Below, one piece after another: positions 19,261 through 31,200 of a DNA stretch of 64,000 nucleotides. Numbering within the stretch: the stretch's first letter is position 1; each line of letters opens with the position of its first letter. Both the position numbers and the translations under genes were made by a program. Source of the DNA: a virus. The notes below the pieces were generated by a model. It was given only the letters and a program-made list of their open reading frames with translations. It was not told where the DNA came from and ran no database searches. The DNA lies in the IMG/VR virus record IMGVR_UViG_3300042923_000619, positions 32,001 through 96,000 of that record; one strand, written 5' to 3'.

Positions 19261-21905
19261 CTTACATCACTATTGAACCATTGTTTTATATTACTTAAAT
19301 TCCAACTTGGATTACCATCTGTAAATATACTTTCAGCACTATCAAATTCTTTATTTATAGTAATAACGTCTGATAATAAATAAACTGAATTTGTGTCTTT
19401 TTTATAGATTGTAAATTTAATTATCTTATTTTTATACTTGACACAATTTGCTTTTACCTTATTTCCAATATTTAAGTTACTAATATCTTGTATTGAAAAT
19501 AAAGATAGAATCTTAAAAGTCATATTATAACAATCATCTTTTGAATCTGACAATGTAGATACTTTAGTATTCTTAGGTATTCTTACACCAAATCTTATAC
19601 CTGTAGTATTACTATTGGGATAAATAGTTGATGAACTTTCATCTGTATTAAATACTTTTAATTTATTGTTATCAACAGTATCAATTGTTCTAGTGAAATA
19701 TGGAATATCTGCACCTAATTTTATTTCATTACTATATCCTAATACCATTTCTCCAAGTCTAGCTGTTCCTAATATCGCATCCATATTTGAAAGATTAAGT
19801 TCGTCCAATGTTGGAATATATACTTTTACGCTATCTCCATCAATTACATTGTCCATTAATATATTTTTAAAGTCTTCATGTATATAACTCAAAAATCCAT
19901 TTTCACTTGCATAACTTGGCATTTCATCATTATCATAAGATTTTTTGTACCATGTTGATCTACCATTTACAACTCTTTTTACATCAAAGTTCATTAATCC
20001 CAATGCTGTATCATTTTGAATATAAAAATATAACACATCTGTTGTCAATATATCTCCTACAACAAATGAATGTAATTCATATAATTTAATTCCACTTACA
20101 AATTTAGATAGTGAAAACATATTATTATATCTAGATAATTGTATATAATTTTTGTCATCTAATTCAAATTTAATTAGCATTACATCATGTAATTCAAGGT
20201 CTCTTGCCCATATTTTAGCAGTCCAATCTCCTTCTAGACGGAACGCCCCGTCCTTATCCCATATTACTACTGTGTTATGTAAATCAGCCCAAGTTCCATC
20301 TATATAATTTATATCATTCCCACTATAAATACGTCCTCTAATTTGTCTGACATAGCTTGTTATTTTTACACTTCCTGTAGTTGGACTATTTTCAAGTTTC
20401 ATAACTGCTGGTAATTTAGTTTGCAAAAAAACACAATAAAAATCTTGTGATATACTTGTTTCCATACCACTTGCTGTTTTTACTTTTAACTCTATAGTAT
20501 AATTTGTTTTATTTTCTAAATTAGAAAATTGATATTGTAATAATTTATCTAATAAAACACCGCTTGAAGCGATTAATGCACCATCTTCATATAAATTATA
20601 AACATAACTATATAATTCATCTGCTTCATTTTGACTATATGTAGCCATCATTACTGGATTAGGACTTTCTATTTTACCATCAATAATTGTTGTTACGTTT
20701 AGACTTGGTGGAGTCAAGCACTTTACAAGAACAGTATCGCTCCATGTCGAATACTGACCATTTGAATTATATGTTCTAATTTTTATTTGATATGTATGAC
20801 CATTACTTAATGTATTAAGTGGTATTGTATTATTAAATTCAAAACTTTCTATTTTTTTGTTATAAATTATAATTGATGAATTTATATTGTCTACAACATT
20901 TATTTCATTTGCATATACTAATTCACCACCAACCACATTAAATTTAATAATATTATCAACTAATGCGTTTATTGGTGCTAAAGAAAGTGAATTTGTTGGG
21001 GTTATAATTATAGGTCTTGTTAAATTAATTCCTGTTCCACTTGTATTATCCACTATTTTATTAAAAGTCCAAGTTCTTAATACAACATTATCACATGTAT
21101 CTGTAGTTCTTATTACAACTGTATGATTTCCAGCAGATAAATTAGTCCAAAGCGTTCCCAACAAACTATATATGAATTTAGTTTTACTAGGTTGATTTTC
21201 TAAAGTCCGTGTAACTGTTCCATCAAGTATTTCTTCAACTTTAAACAAATCATTTTCTGGGTCAGTAATTGTATATTCTTGTGTTATGCTTGAAGTAAAA
21301 TTTCCTAAAAATCTATCACTATCTGATATAACTGGAGGTTGATTATATTTCTCTAACATAATTCTCCAATTTGAGTTATCAGTTACTAATATGTTATTAG
21401 TTGTATTTATTGCATTACCACCTCTAATAATTACATTACTGCCACTAATATCTTTAGTTAAAGAAGGTGATTTCCACCAATGAAGTAAAGTGTTTGTATC
21501 AGAAGTAGAGATAGTTGTATCATTATAATTTCCAGTCAAATCATTTGAATTTGGAGTTAATAATGTATTTAAGTTAACTTGATTTAATACAAAATCGTCC
21601 CATTCTTTACTAGTAATTAATCTTATCTTATATTGATATTGATTTATAGTTACCATAGAATTTCCACCAACAAAGCCTTGAATATTCAATTGATTATAAC
21701 TTATTCCACTTAATAAATTTTTAGTAGATAATAAATACTCATGTGCGCCACTATTAATAACTAACCATTCAATATCTGTTCCACTAGATTTTAATTCTAA
21801 AACTGCATTGTTAATATAAGTAATTGGTGCAGATGAGAAATTAACTTGTATTCCATTTTGAAACAAACTACCTTGTACTATTTTTTGTACTGACAACATC
21901 CTCAC
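19251..21905 (-). CDS. Large tail/baseplate protein with fibronectin/Ig-like domains
   Basis: Beta-rich; NGHTYQIKIRTYNS..YSTWS FN3-like; position in tail module. Confidence 0.65.
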   Translation of the reverse strand: MRMLSVQKIVQGSLFQNGIQVNFSSAPITYINNAVLELKSSGTDIEWLVINSGAHEYLLSTKNLLSGISYNQLNIQGFVGGNSMVTINQYQYKIRLITSKEWDDFVLNQVNLNTLLTPNSNDLTGNYNDTTISTSDTNTLLHWWKSPSLTKDISGSNVIIRGGNAINTTNNILVTDNSNWRIMLEKYNQPPVISDSDRFLGNFTSSITQEYTITDPENDLFKVEEILDGTVTRTLENQPSKTKFIYSLLGTLWTNLSAGNHTVVIRTTDTCDNVVLRTWTFNKIVDNTSGTGINLTRPIIITPTNSLSLAPINALVDNIIKFNVVGGELVYANEINVVDNINSSIIIYNKKIESFEFNNTIPLNTLSNGHTYQIKIRTYNSNGQYSTWSDTVLVKCLTPPSLNVTTIIDGKIESPNPVMMATYSQNEADELYSYVYNLYEDGALIASSGVLLDKLLQYQFSNLENKTNYTIELKVKTASGMETSISQDFYCVFLQTKLPAVMKLENSPTTGSVKITSYVRQIRGRIYSGNDINYIDGTWADLHNTVVIWDKDGAFRLEGDWTAKIWARDLELHDVMLIKFELDDKNYIQLSRYNNMFSLSKFVSGIKLYELHSFVVGDILTTDVLYFYIQNDTALGLMNFDVKRVVNGRSTWYKKSYDNDEMPSYASENGFLSYIHEDFKNILMDNVIDGDSVKVYIPTLDELNLSNMDAILGTARLGEMVLGYSNEIKLGADIPYFTRTIDTVDNNKLKVFNTDESSSTIYPNSNTTGIRFGVRIPKNTKVSTLSDSKDDCYNMTFKILSLFSIQDISNLNIGNKVKANCVKYKNKIIKFTIYKKDTNSVYLLSDVITINKEFDSAESIFTDGNPSWNLSNIKQWFNSDVRIG

Positions 21906-21927
21906 TCCTTTCTTTTATTAATTTATT

Positions 21928-22845
21928 TTAATTTGTTGATACTTCGTAAGTTAAATTGTTTTTTTGTAAAATTTCTATATTTTTACCATTATCTATTTCG
22001 GTAAATGTTGAACTGTATTTCCATAGTCCCCATGCGCAATCGTCTCCAAATAAAGGATTCTTTTTAATATCAGTTAATACTCCTAAAGTATAAAAACTAT
22101 GATTTCTTACTAACATTGGTTTGCCACTATGTATAAAATCTTCAAATCCTTCTCTATAAGCATTTTCTATAGCAAAATCTACTTTTCCTCCATTTTCTTC
22201 ACAATTTAAACTTATTAAATCAAATGTCAAATTACCTGACATATATTTAGAACTTCCACATAATATTGCTGGATATTGAGATGATAAAGTTTTTACAATA
22301 GTTTTATCTTCGTTCAGTGATATATCACTTAAATTTAAATCAAATCTTATTGGATAATTAACTAAATCTCCATCACTATTTCTACCAGTTAAAAATAAAC
22401 TTTTGTATAATGGGGATATTATCCCTGTAACTCCAACACCTTCGAAATTTTGAACCACTGGAACTAATGAATACTCATAATTTTTACTGTTCTCTATATA
22501 AAAGTCTTCAATATCATAATTTTCTATATCATCACTAAAAGGATAATCTATCATAGTTTCCCATGATAAATCACCAACTTTTCTTCTCTTAAATCTAATT
22601 TTTTGAATTTTAATTCCTCCTGCCATCAAGTTTCCTGCTTCAAGTGAATTCAAGAAATGGCAAAGAAAACCTGTATTCATATCCCAAGGAGTTTGAATTA
22701 TCGAATTTTCACTGTCTAAAGTTTCATCTATTTTAATTTCGTCATAAATACCATTACTTGCATAAAGACTAGCGACTTTTTTAGAAGTATCACATCTGTT
22801 TAAAAAAGGAGTATTATTAAAACCAAACCTAGTTATAAAACCCAT
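21928..22845 (-). CDS. Putative distal tail / baseplate protein
   Basis: LEAGNL..IRFKRRK...YEYSLVPV; position. Confidence 0.55.
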   Translation of the reverse strand: MGFITRFGFNNTPFLNRCDTSKKVASLYASNGIYDEIKIDETLDSENSIIQTPWDMNTGFLCHFLNSLEAGNLMAGGIKIQKIRFKRRKVGDLSWETMIDYPFSDDIENYDIEDFYIENSKNYEYSLVPVVQNFEGVGVTGIISPLYKSLFLTGRNSDGDLVNYPIRFDLNLSDISLNEDKTIVKTLSSQYPAILCGSSKYMSGNLTFDLISLNCEENGGKVDFAIENAYREGFEDFIHSGKPMLVRNHSFYTLGVLTDIKKNPLFGDDCAWGLWKYSSTFTEIDNGKNIEILQKNNLTYEVSTN

Positions 22846-22920
22846 ATATTTATTGTCACCTCAATTCTTTTAAAATCTACGTTTTATTCTATTAATTTAT
22901 TTCTTGTGTTTTTATTTTTA

Positions 22921-22956
22921 CATAATAAAAGAACCTAGATTATTTTCTAGGTTCTT
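22921..22956 (-). terminator. Rho-independent terminator after secreted moron
   Basis: AAGAACCTAGA/TCTAGGTTCTT perfect stem then TTATTATG. Confidence 0.75.
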
Positions 22957-22973
22957 AAAAATATTATATTTAA

Positions 22974-23648
22974 TTACTTTGTGAAATCATAATCATCTAT
23001 TGTAGTATCCCAATGAAAATCTGTTATATTACCATTTTCATTATAATTTTTCCAAGTTAAAAATTGTGTTTTTGAATATCCAACTTTTAAATTAGGGTAT
23101 TCATAAAAGCTATCAAAAAATCCACCCATTACTTTTGTATTACTTTTTCCACATCCATATATAAAAGCATCACCAATAAGTTTTTGATAATTTCTTAATA
23201 ATTCTTTCGTTTTAATTTTATCTTCACTACTAATTTTTGTTGAATATTCTAATAAATAAGGATGAAATATAGTTATTTGATAAGGAGAATTAGATATTTC
23301 TCCAAATTCAGTCTGTACCCAGTAATCATAATCTGCAACTCCATAAGTATCAGTATTTATTGTAAATTTGAATTTTAACATTCCTATTGGAGTATTTAAT
23401 GTATTATATTTTGTATTCAATTCATTTTGTAAATCAGATAATGTTTCTACTTTTGAATTACCATTATTATTATTTACATTAGTAGTATTTGTGTTATTGG
23501 AATCAATATTAGTATTATTAACTATTTGACCATAATTGATATTATTTGTAACATTATTTATAGTTGTTTTATCTTCTGCCATTGTAGGTACAATAGAATT
23601 TACCATAATACTAGTTGATACAATCGCCATTAATATTATTTTTTTCAT
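22974..23648 (-). CDS. Secreted hypothetical protein (moron) with Asn-rich linker
   Basis: Signal peptide MKKIILMAIVS...TMA-ED; own extended -10 promoter and terminator. Confidence 0.65.
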   Translation of the reverse strand: MKKIILMAIVSTSIMVNSIVPTMAEDKTTINNVTNNINYGQIVNNTNIDSNNTNTTNVNNNNGNSKVETLSDLQNELNTKYNTLNTPIGMLKFKFTINTDTYGVADYDYWVQTEFGEISNSPYQITIFHPYLLEYSTKISSEDKIKTKELLRNYQKLIGDAFIYGCGKSNTKVMGGFFDSFYEYPNLKVGYSKTQFLTWKNYNENGNITDFHWDTTIDDYDFTK

Positions 23649-23686
23649 AATTTAACATCCCCCTTATTAAATACATATTATATGTT

Positions 23687-23695
23687 ATTATACCA
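23687..23695 (-). promoter_or_regulatory. Extended -10 promoter (TGnTATAAT)
   Basis: TGGTATAAT ~40 nt upstream of ATG 23648. Confidence 0.5.
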
Positions 23696-23765
23696 TAATT
23701 TTCTTATGTTTTATATAATTTTATAATAATACTTTTTAAGTTAGATGTAAATGTAAATTATTATT

Positions 23766-24920
23766 TTACAATGATGGATATAATTTATGACATGTTAAAT
23801 TCATAAGCCCGTTTGATTTTAAATCTATATTTATATCATCTATTAAATAATAACCATCTATATGTAAATTATCTGAATATGAATCATAATACACTTTAAT
23901 TTTCTGATTAGGCTCTAATCTATAGTCTGGAATTATACTCATTGTCAATTTTTCTTTATAATTAGTCCTTTTAGTACATTCAAATTTTGCTTGAGAAGCA
24001 CATTGTTCATTTGTATATAATTTGTCAAAACTCAAAGTTATTGGTCTTTCTCCATATATTCCATTCACATTTAAAGGATTGTTAGAATTGGTTTCTTTAT
24101 ACTGACCTATATGTTGTATTCCATCAGAAGTTGTCATTCCTACGACATTTACAACATTTCTAACATTATCAAATTGTTCATCTATTTGATATGATACAAC
24201 TATTTCCGAGTTTATGAATTCTTGAACAATAGGGTCAGTTGTTCTATCTTTTATATATTCAAATACTAATACACCTTCATTATTAAAATATAAATCATAA
24301 TTTAATGCATCAGCCATAATTGATTTTAAATGGTCAGTAATGTTTGACTCTGGTGAAGTTGAGATTTCTTCAATTATTAATGAATCTGTATGTTCTATTT
24401 TTATTTTATCTATAGGTAAATTCATCATTGATTGACTTGTTGCTACTGCTTGAATCTCACTCGATATATTGTTTCCGCTTGGCACTTTTGCAGTCATACT
24501 TGGGTCTACAGATTTTCCAAAAGTTCCATCATAATCTGCCATTAAATCAACTAAATTGACTGTTATTTTTTCAGAACCTACTGCTTGGCTTATTTGAGGA
24601 TTACTAAGTAAAAAAATGCCTTTGTCATATGTTGCTGATACTCCAGTAACTAAATCTGTTACATTTACAAGTATTCTTACTTTATGTGCTAAATCAATTT
24701 TATAATATTGAGTTGATAATGCTTTTGTTAAATTTAAATCTAGACTTCCACTACGTCTACTATAATTAGAATCAGTACTGTTTTTAATTGTTATAGTTCC
24801 ACTATTAACATCTCCTTGCAATTCATCAACTACATTATAATCGTTATTTAATAATTGAATTATGACACTTGTATTTCTGTTTCTACTTCTTGCACATATT
24901 TCTTGAGCATTATATTCCAT
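23766..24920 (-). CDS. Baseplate hub / tail-associated protein
   Basis: YDLYFNNEGVLVF, FDNVRNVVNVVG, IIPDYRLEPN, YLIDDINIDL hub-like motifs. Confidence 0.65.
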   Translation of the reverse strand: MEYNAQEICARSRNRNTSVIIQLLNNDYNVVDELQGDVNSGTITIKNSTDSNYSRRSGSLDLNLTKALSTQYYKIDLAHKVRILVNVTDLVTGVSATYDKGIFLLSNPQISQAVGSEKITVNLVDLMADYDGTFGKSVDPSMTAKVPSGNNISSEIQAVATSQSMMNLPIDKIKIEHTDSLIIEEISTSPESNITDHLKSIMADALNYDLYFNNEGVLVFEYIKDRTTDPIVQEFINSEIVVSYQIDEQFDNVRNVVNVVGMTTSDGIQHIGQYKETNSNNPLNVNGIYGERPITLSFDKLYTNEQCASQAKFECTKRTNYKEKLTMSIIPDYRLEPNQKIKVYYDSYSDNLHIDGYYLIDDINIDLKSNGLMNLTCHKLYPSL

Positions 24921-24944
24921 TTAATAAACCTCCTTTTTAAAATT

Positions 24945-25238
24945 TTACCAATTAGGCTTTTTACATTCTATATATTTTCTGCTAAAATTTCCATTACTTA
25001 ATCGAATTAGAACAGCATCGTTGATTTGATAATTTGTAGAATCATTCTCTTTTTTAGGAACACTATACTCTATATTATCTATATTTACTATATATTTTCC
25101 ATTGCTATCAATATTTGATTTTATATATCCTATTTTTTCTGTTGTATAAATAAAGTTTTTTAAATATTTAATTATCTCTATATCTATCAATTCAACCAAC
25201 CCTTCACTGTGCGAAATCATTGATATCATTCCTTTCAT
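24945..25238 (-). CDS. Small tail tip protein (OB-fold-like)
   Basis: Directly downstream of tape measure; YQINDAVLIRLSNGNFSRKYI. Confidence 0.55.
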   Translation of the reverse strand: MKGMISMISHSEGLVELIDIEIIKYLKNFIYTTEKIGYIKSNIDSNGKYIVNIDNIEYSVPKKENDSTNYQINDAVLIRLSNGNFSRKYIECKKPNW

Positions 25239-25240
25239 TA

Positions 25241-25278
25241 TTAATAAAGACTATTAGAATTATAACTCTAATAGTCTT
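25241..25278 (-). terminator. Rho-independent terminator after tape measure
   Basis: AAGACTATTAGA/TCTAATAGTCTT 12-bp stem. Confidence 0.65.
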
Positions 25279-25283
25279 ATAAT

Positions 25284-28200
25284 TTATTTTGGGTTTTTTA
25301 ATAAAGCAAGTTGTTTAGCTTGAGTTATAACATCAGTAAATACATCTTTAACTCCACTATCTACATTAGGGAAAGTTAAATCACCAAATTGATATGTAAC
25401 ACTACTTGCAGTTTTATTATTGTTTACTGTTGATACTGCACCACTACCACTCAAAGAATTTAATACACTAGAATTCATTGAATATCCACTTGCATTAGCA
25501 TAGTTTTTATATTGGTCATATACAGATTGGTTATAAAGTGGATTATTAGAATTATCATACAATCCTTTCTTTCCTTCTGTCCATGTAGAGATTTCTTGTT
25601 TATAAGCATTGAATTTAGTTTGTATGTCTGAAATATCTACATCTCCAATATTAACACCCATTTTATCCATCATGTTTCTAAAGTCTTGGAATGCTTCCTC
25701 ACACTGTACAAGTGCTTCCATTACATATCCCATACTACTTTGAGTTATATTTACTATATTTCCAAATCTAAAATCCCAAACCATTTGAACTAATTCTAAG
25801 AATTTATCTTCAAATTTAGTAAACTTATCTGCAAATTGAACTCTACTGTTATACTCATCAGTTTGTGATTTATTTTGTTTATCCAATTCATTTTTATAGT
25901 GAGCATCTTGTTCAGATTCTAATTTATTATTTATATCTACTAGATTTTTATATTGCTCTGACAATCCATCAGAATCAGTTTTTGTAATTTTATCTACTTG
26001 AGTTTTCCTGTCTTTAATATCATCATCTGTTATGTCTACATTCTTTTTAGATACTGCTAATTTTTCATAACTATCACTTAAATCACTTATTGATTTATTA
26101 GCAATTTTTGCACCTGAATCAACACTGTTTAAATAATTTGTTATTCCTTTTACATCTAGATTAGCTTTATCATTTAACTTATCTTTATTTTTATTAAGGT
26201 ATCCTGATACATCTCCACTATTAATTGCTTCATCTTGTTCAGTAGAAGTAAAATTAGCCTGTAATGTTTTTAAATTATTTAATTTTTGAGTTGACTGATT
26301 AACAAAAATAGAAATTGCATTAGAAATATCACTTATATTGTCGTTATATTCTTTCTTTAAAGAACCTAACATAGTCTTTGCCATTCTTTCAGTGTCAGAA
26401 TAATAAGATTCTATTCTTTTCTTATCCCTATCCTGTGTTTCCTTTAAATCATCGGATATTTTCTTTAGATATTCTTTTTTTACATTGTATGCTTTATCTT
26501 CAGCAGTTTTACTATCTTCTATTTTTTGTTTCTCTTTATCATACTCTTGGTCTGATTTTTCTTTATTGTAAGCCTTTTTAGCGTCATCAACTTCTTTTTT
26601 CTTTTTATCAACAGTTTCTTGGTCTATTGCTCCAACATATGAAAACGTATGGTCTGCATTTTCTTTTGCATATTTTACAGTTTTTTGATTTTCAAGATTA
26701 TTAAGTTCAATTTCTTTCTGTTTTAAATCATTTTTCTTTTCTTGCAGTTCATTAGATTTTTCCTCTTCATTATGTTGTTTTTCTAAAGCATTTAATTCAG
26801 CTTCATAATTATCCATTTTAGATTGATGAAGTTGTTCTTGTTGATTTTCTAAATCTTCTAAATCTTTAGTTTGTTTCTTTTGTTGAGATTCTAATGTTGC
26901 TTCTTCAATCTCTTTTTGATTATCAAACATCTTTTTAAGTTCATCAGTGTTAAACTTATCAATTTGTTCTTGCAAATTAGCTACTTCAAGTTTTTCATCA
27001 CGTAATTCTTTCGATGCCTTGAGTGTTGCTGATTCTAATTCTTTTTGTGCTTCAGCAGTAGTTACAGTTGTAGATTTTAATTTATTTAATTGAGTTTCAG
27101 CTTCACTAACAATTTGTTTTTGTTCATTCATTTTTTTAGATGTTAAATCCACTTTTTGAACAAAATTGCTATCATCAGTATCTCCAAGCAATTTTAAATT
27201 ATAATCTATTTCTCCAATATCATTTTCTATTTTATCTTTAGCTTCGTTATATGCGTCCGTGATATCTTTTATCATCTGTTTTTCTGAGTCTTCTAATTCT
27301 TTGTTCTCTTTTTCCTTCTTTTTCTTAGAATCTCCACCAGATGGCATATAATCTCCACTAGCTGAACTTGGGATATTCCCCCCATTTCCACCACTATACG
27401 GAACGCTACCAATACCAGCATATAATGAATCTGCTTGTTGTTTTGCTTTTTCATATGCATGAAGTTGGTCTTGTTGTTGCTTTAATTGTTCAAATTCAGG
27501 AGAATTTTCTTCTAAACTTTGTGCTTTTCCAATACTCATGGTTGAGTAATCTTGAGCACCAGCCATTCTAGCTGAAATAACTGCTTGAATAGCTTGTATT
27601 TCTGCTTTATACATTCCAATTCTATTAGTTATTTCAGCATATGTAACTTGTGAATTACCAACTTGCCATTCAGAATTAACTTTAGCATCAGTAATACGAA
27701 TTGCACTAAGATTATCTACTGTAAGTCCTTCTGATTGTAATCTTTGTATATTAGCTTCAATTAAAGGAGAATTAGAAATATAAGCTTTCCCATTTTCGTC
27801 AATAGATACATTTAATCCACCAACTTTTTCTTGTAATTGTTCAACTACATTCCCTAATTGAGTTTTCTGTTCAGCAGATAAACTTTCTTGAGCTGATAAA
27901 TTTTGATATTCTGAATATAAACTTTGAACAGAAGAAATATAATTATTAAATTCTGTTTGTGCTTGTTCCATATTCTGTCTATTTTCAAGTTGTGCTTTGG
28001 TTTGTTCTTTTATACTATTAATAACTTTAGTATTGTCTATTTTATCTTGTGCCTCAGTAAATTCATTAACTTTTCCAGTAGTTTCATCAATAGTATATCC
28101 AGCATCTTTTAAAACTTTTTCTTGTTCTTCTATTTTTTTATTTACTCCAGCAATTAAATCTGCTTGATTAGCACCACCAGCAGTTGGATTAAATGATGTT

Positions 28201-31200
28201 GTAGGCATATCTTGATATTTCTTCTTAATTTCAATTAATCTTTGTAATTGCTCTTGTGCCTTTTTCATCTTATCAACATCTTCTTGTGCCTTTGATGTAT
28301 CACCATTCTTTAAAGCTTCATTAACACCTTTTAACGCTTCTTTTAATGTATTAGATTGTTGTGTAAGTTCTGCTTGATGTTCCTTATATGATGTAAAAGC
28401 AGTTATTGCAATACCAACTGCAACAGCAATTCCACTTATAATAAGACCTAAAGGAGTAGTCATAAATGCTACAGAACTAGCCACTGCTTCTTTTATTCCA
28501 GTACTTAATAATACCCATGCACCTTTTAAACCAGTTAATCCTTCTGTTTGTGCTATTGCTCCCATTTGTGCTAATTGCATAGCTTTTGTTGCATTAGTTA
28601 CTTCATTTATTGTAGTACTAACTGTAGACATTCCTGTTAATACCGCTATAAATTTACTTAAACCTGTTACCGCTTCACCAGCAATTAATGTTTTATTTAA
28701 AGTTGATAATTTAGACATGACTAATACCAAGCCACCAATTGTTGCAGTAAAAGCTATAGTTTGTCCATCTACATTTGTTAAAGCCGTTACTAATTGTGTA
28801 AACTCAGATACTAACCATTTTAATTGTTCTGAACTTGTTATTTTTTCATATAATTGTTCAAATGCTCTTTTAAGGTCTTGAATACGTGCATCTAGAGATT
28901 GGTTATACGCTTCATCCATCATTTTTTTAGCTGAACCAGCAGATTGTGCAACTTCTTTTTGATGTTGATTTAACGTATCCATATTCTCCATTAATGCCAT
29001 TAATGTTTCTCTTTGCTTTTATATTTATCTAGAATCGCTAAATCTAGACTTGTGTATATATTTTATCATTTAATATATTTATATAATTATTGTTTTTAAA
29101 TTCCCAATATGGAATATTGTTATCTATACAATATGTATTTTTGATATCATCATGTTTCTTTGTGTAAGTATATGATTCTTCTCCACCAAAATACTCAATA
29201 GTTTCAAAATGTTGTCTTCCGTCACATTCAATTAAATATTTTAATTTATTCTCATTGTTTAATATTGCAAAATCAAATGGAAGTGGCAATATATCTTTAC
29301 ACTTATCAATTTTATATTGTGAAATATATCTAATATTATCATTCTCTAAATATTGTTTTACCAATTTCTCTAATAAAGATTCTGCCTTGGTACAACATTT
29401 ACATCTTGTTTGAAAAGATGTTCTAAAATGTTTAAAAGTAACTTCAAAAGGTTGTCCACATTCCTCACATGAAAACAATAAAGGTGTGTCACAATTAACA
29501 TATTCTATTGATAATAATTTATTTTTATAATTGTTTAGTTTTAAATATAATATTATATTATAAATGGTGTGTGGATTAAACTTGCTAAATTTATCAATAT
29601 TACAGTCCTCTTTTTTATAAAGTAGAAAATCTGATAAAGAAATACAATATCTAAATCCAATATCATCTTGAATATTTATCTTAGATTTAGAATTTTTAAA
29701 CTCAGAAGTATTCATGATTTTAAAATTGTATCCTTTAAGTATTTCATTTGCTTTTTCAATATTAATTTTATTTCTTTTATCTCCCCCAGAACATTGTTTA
29801 CACTTTGTTCTTTTCTTATCTTTTAATTCTGCAAATGAAACAGAATACTCTTTCCCACATTTTTCGCAAGTAAACATGAGTTTTCCAACATTATTTATAT
29901 ATTTATCTGATAGTAGTTTATTTTTACAATCATTTAATACCAACCATAATTTAATATTTTCTATAGTATGAGGATTATATTTGCTAAACTTATCTAATTG
30001 TTTATTATATTGAATATACTCATTAAATGATATCTCATATTTATATCCTTCATCGTCATGAATAGAAAATTTAGTCTTACTATTTACATAATCGTCCTTT
30101 ATCATATATAATCCTTTTTCTTTTAATTTATTTTTGACTTGTTGTAAAGTATATTTTACTGGCATATTTCACCTTCTTGTCCTATTTTAATTATATACAC
30201 AACTCATACTTTCATATGAGAATAGACTATTTCTTCACCTTCATCTATTATATTTTTTTATAATAATGTTAAGGGCGTACCTTTTCCATTTAAGGGATTT
30301 TCACCCACTCTAAGCGATTGAGCCGTACTCCTATTGTTCGATTTTCACGAACCTTCTCAGGGATAGTCGTTGAAGATTCCCCATATTATAAATTAACTTA
30401 GGGGCTTACCTGCATGAACAACCATTTTATTATATAATTTGTTTTATATAATTTGTTTTATATAATTGAATACTTAGGATTTAACCTTATATCCATCCTT
30501 ACGTTTTTTCTACTTTCGTCCCTTCATATACTACTTTCGTATATATTGTGGTGTAAGGCTTTAGGTATTACCTGCAATTAAATACGTGTCCTATGCACAT
30601 TTCTGTACATACGAGGCTTTTTCTAAGAAAAATCTTGTTCCAGCCAAAGCTTGTATTCCTGCTAAGTAATCAACTTGGCTGAGTTGACCACTTTTAAATT
30701 TTTGCATAAATTCTTGCAATACTGTATCAAATTCTTTAAATTGACCTTTATTATTTCTGATTGCGATACCAATTCTATTCCATTTATATTCATATAGGCT
30801 CGTTAATTCCTATACCGTTCTCTTATGAACTGCTTATAGTTTCCTATAAGATTAGACTATATCACTATCCTAAATTAATAGGAGACTCACCATTTCCATT
30901 CACTTGAATGTACTTCCCGAAGGAATAGTCGTTAGGCTTTTATATTCTATATAATAGAATAATTTAGCACGGTAGGTTAGCATATTCATTTATGAACTTA
31001 GCCTTCCCCGTATTAAGCGAGTTATTCGAAATGGATTACTCCATTAAGCCACAAGTTTGTCGTTTATGGCAAATTCTGTATCGTTAATTGTTTTTCCATC
31101 TTCATCAATATTACCTAGTTTTATATTACTATACCTTGCATAGATAGTTTTAAAACTTTCGCCTATTGTTGAAGCTGATTTTCGCGTTTTCTCAGAAACA

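Noticed and set aside
29016-31065. Tape-measure gene as a pseudogene or misassembly
   Set aside because: The gaps contain complete group I intron cores and splicing restores an exact frame
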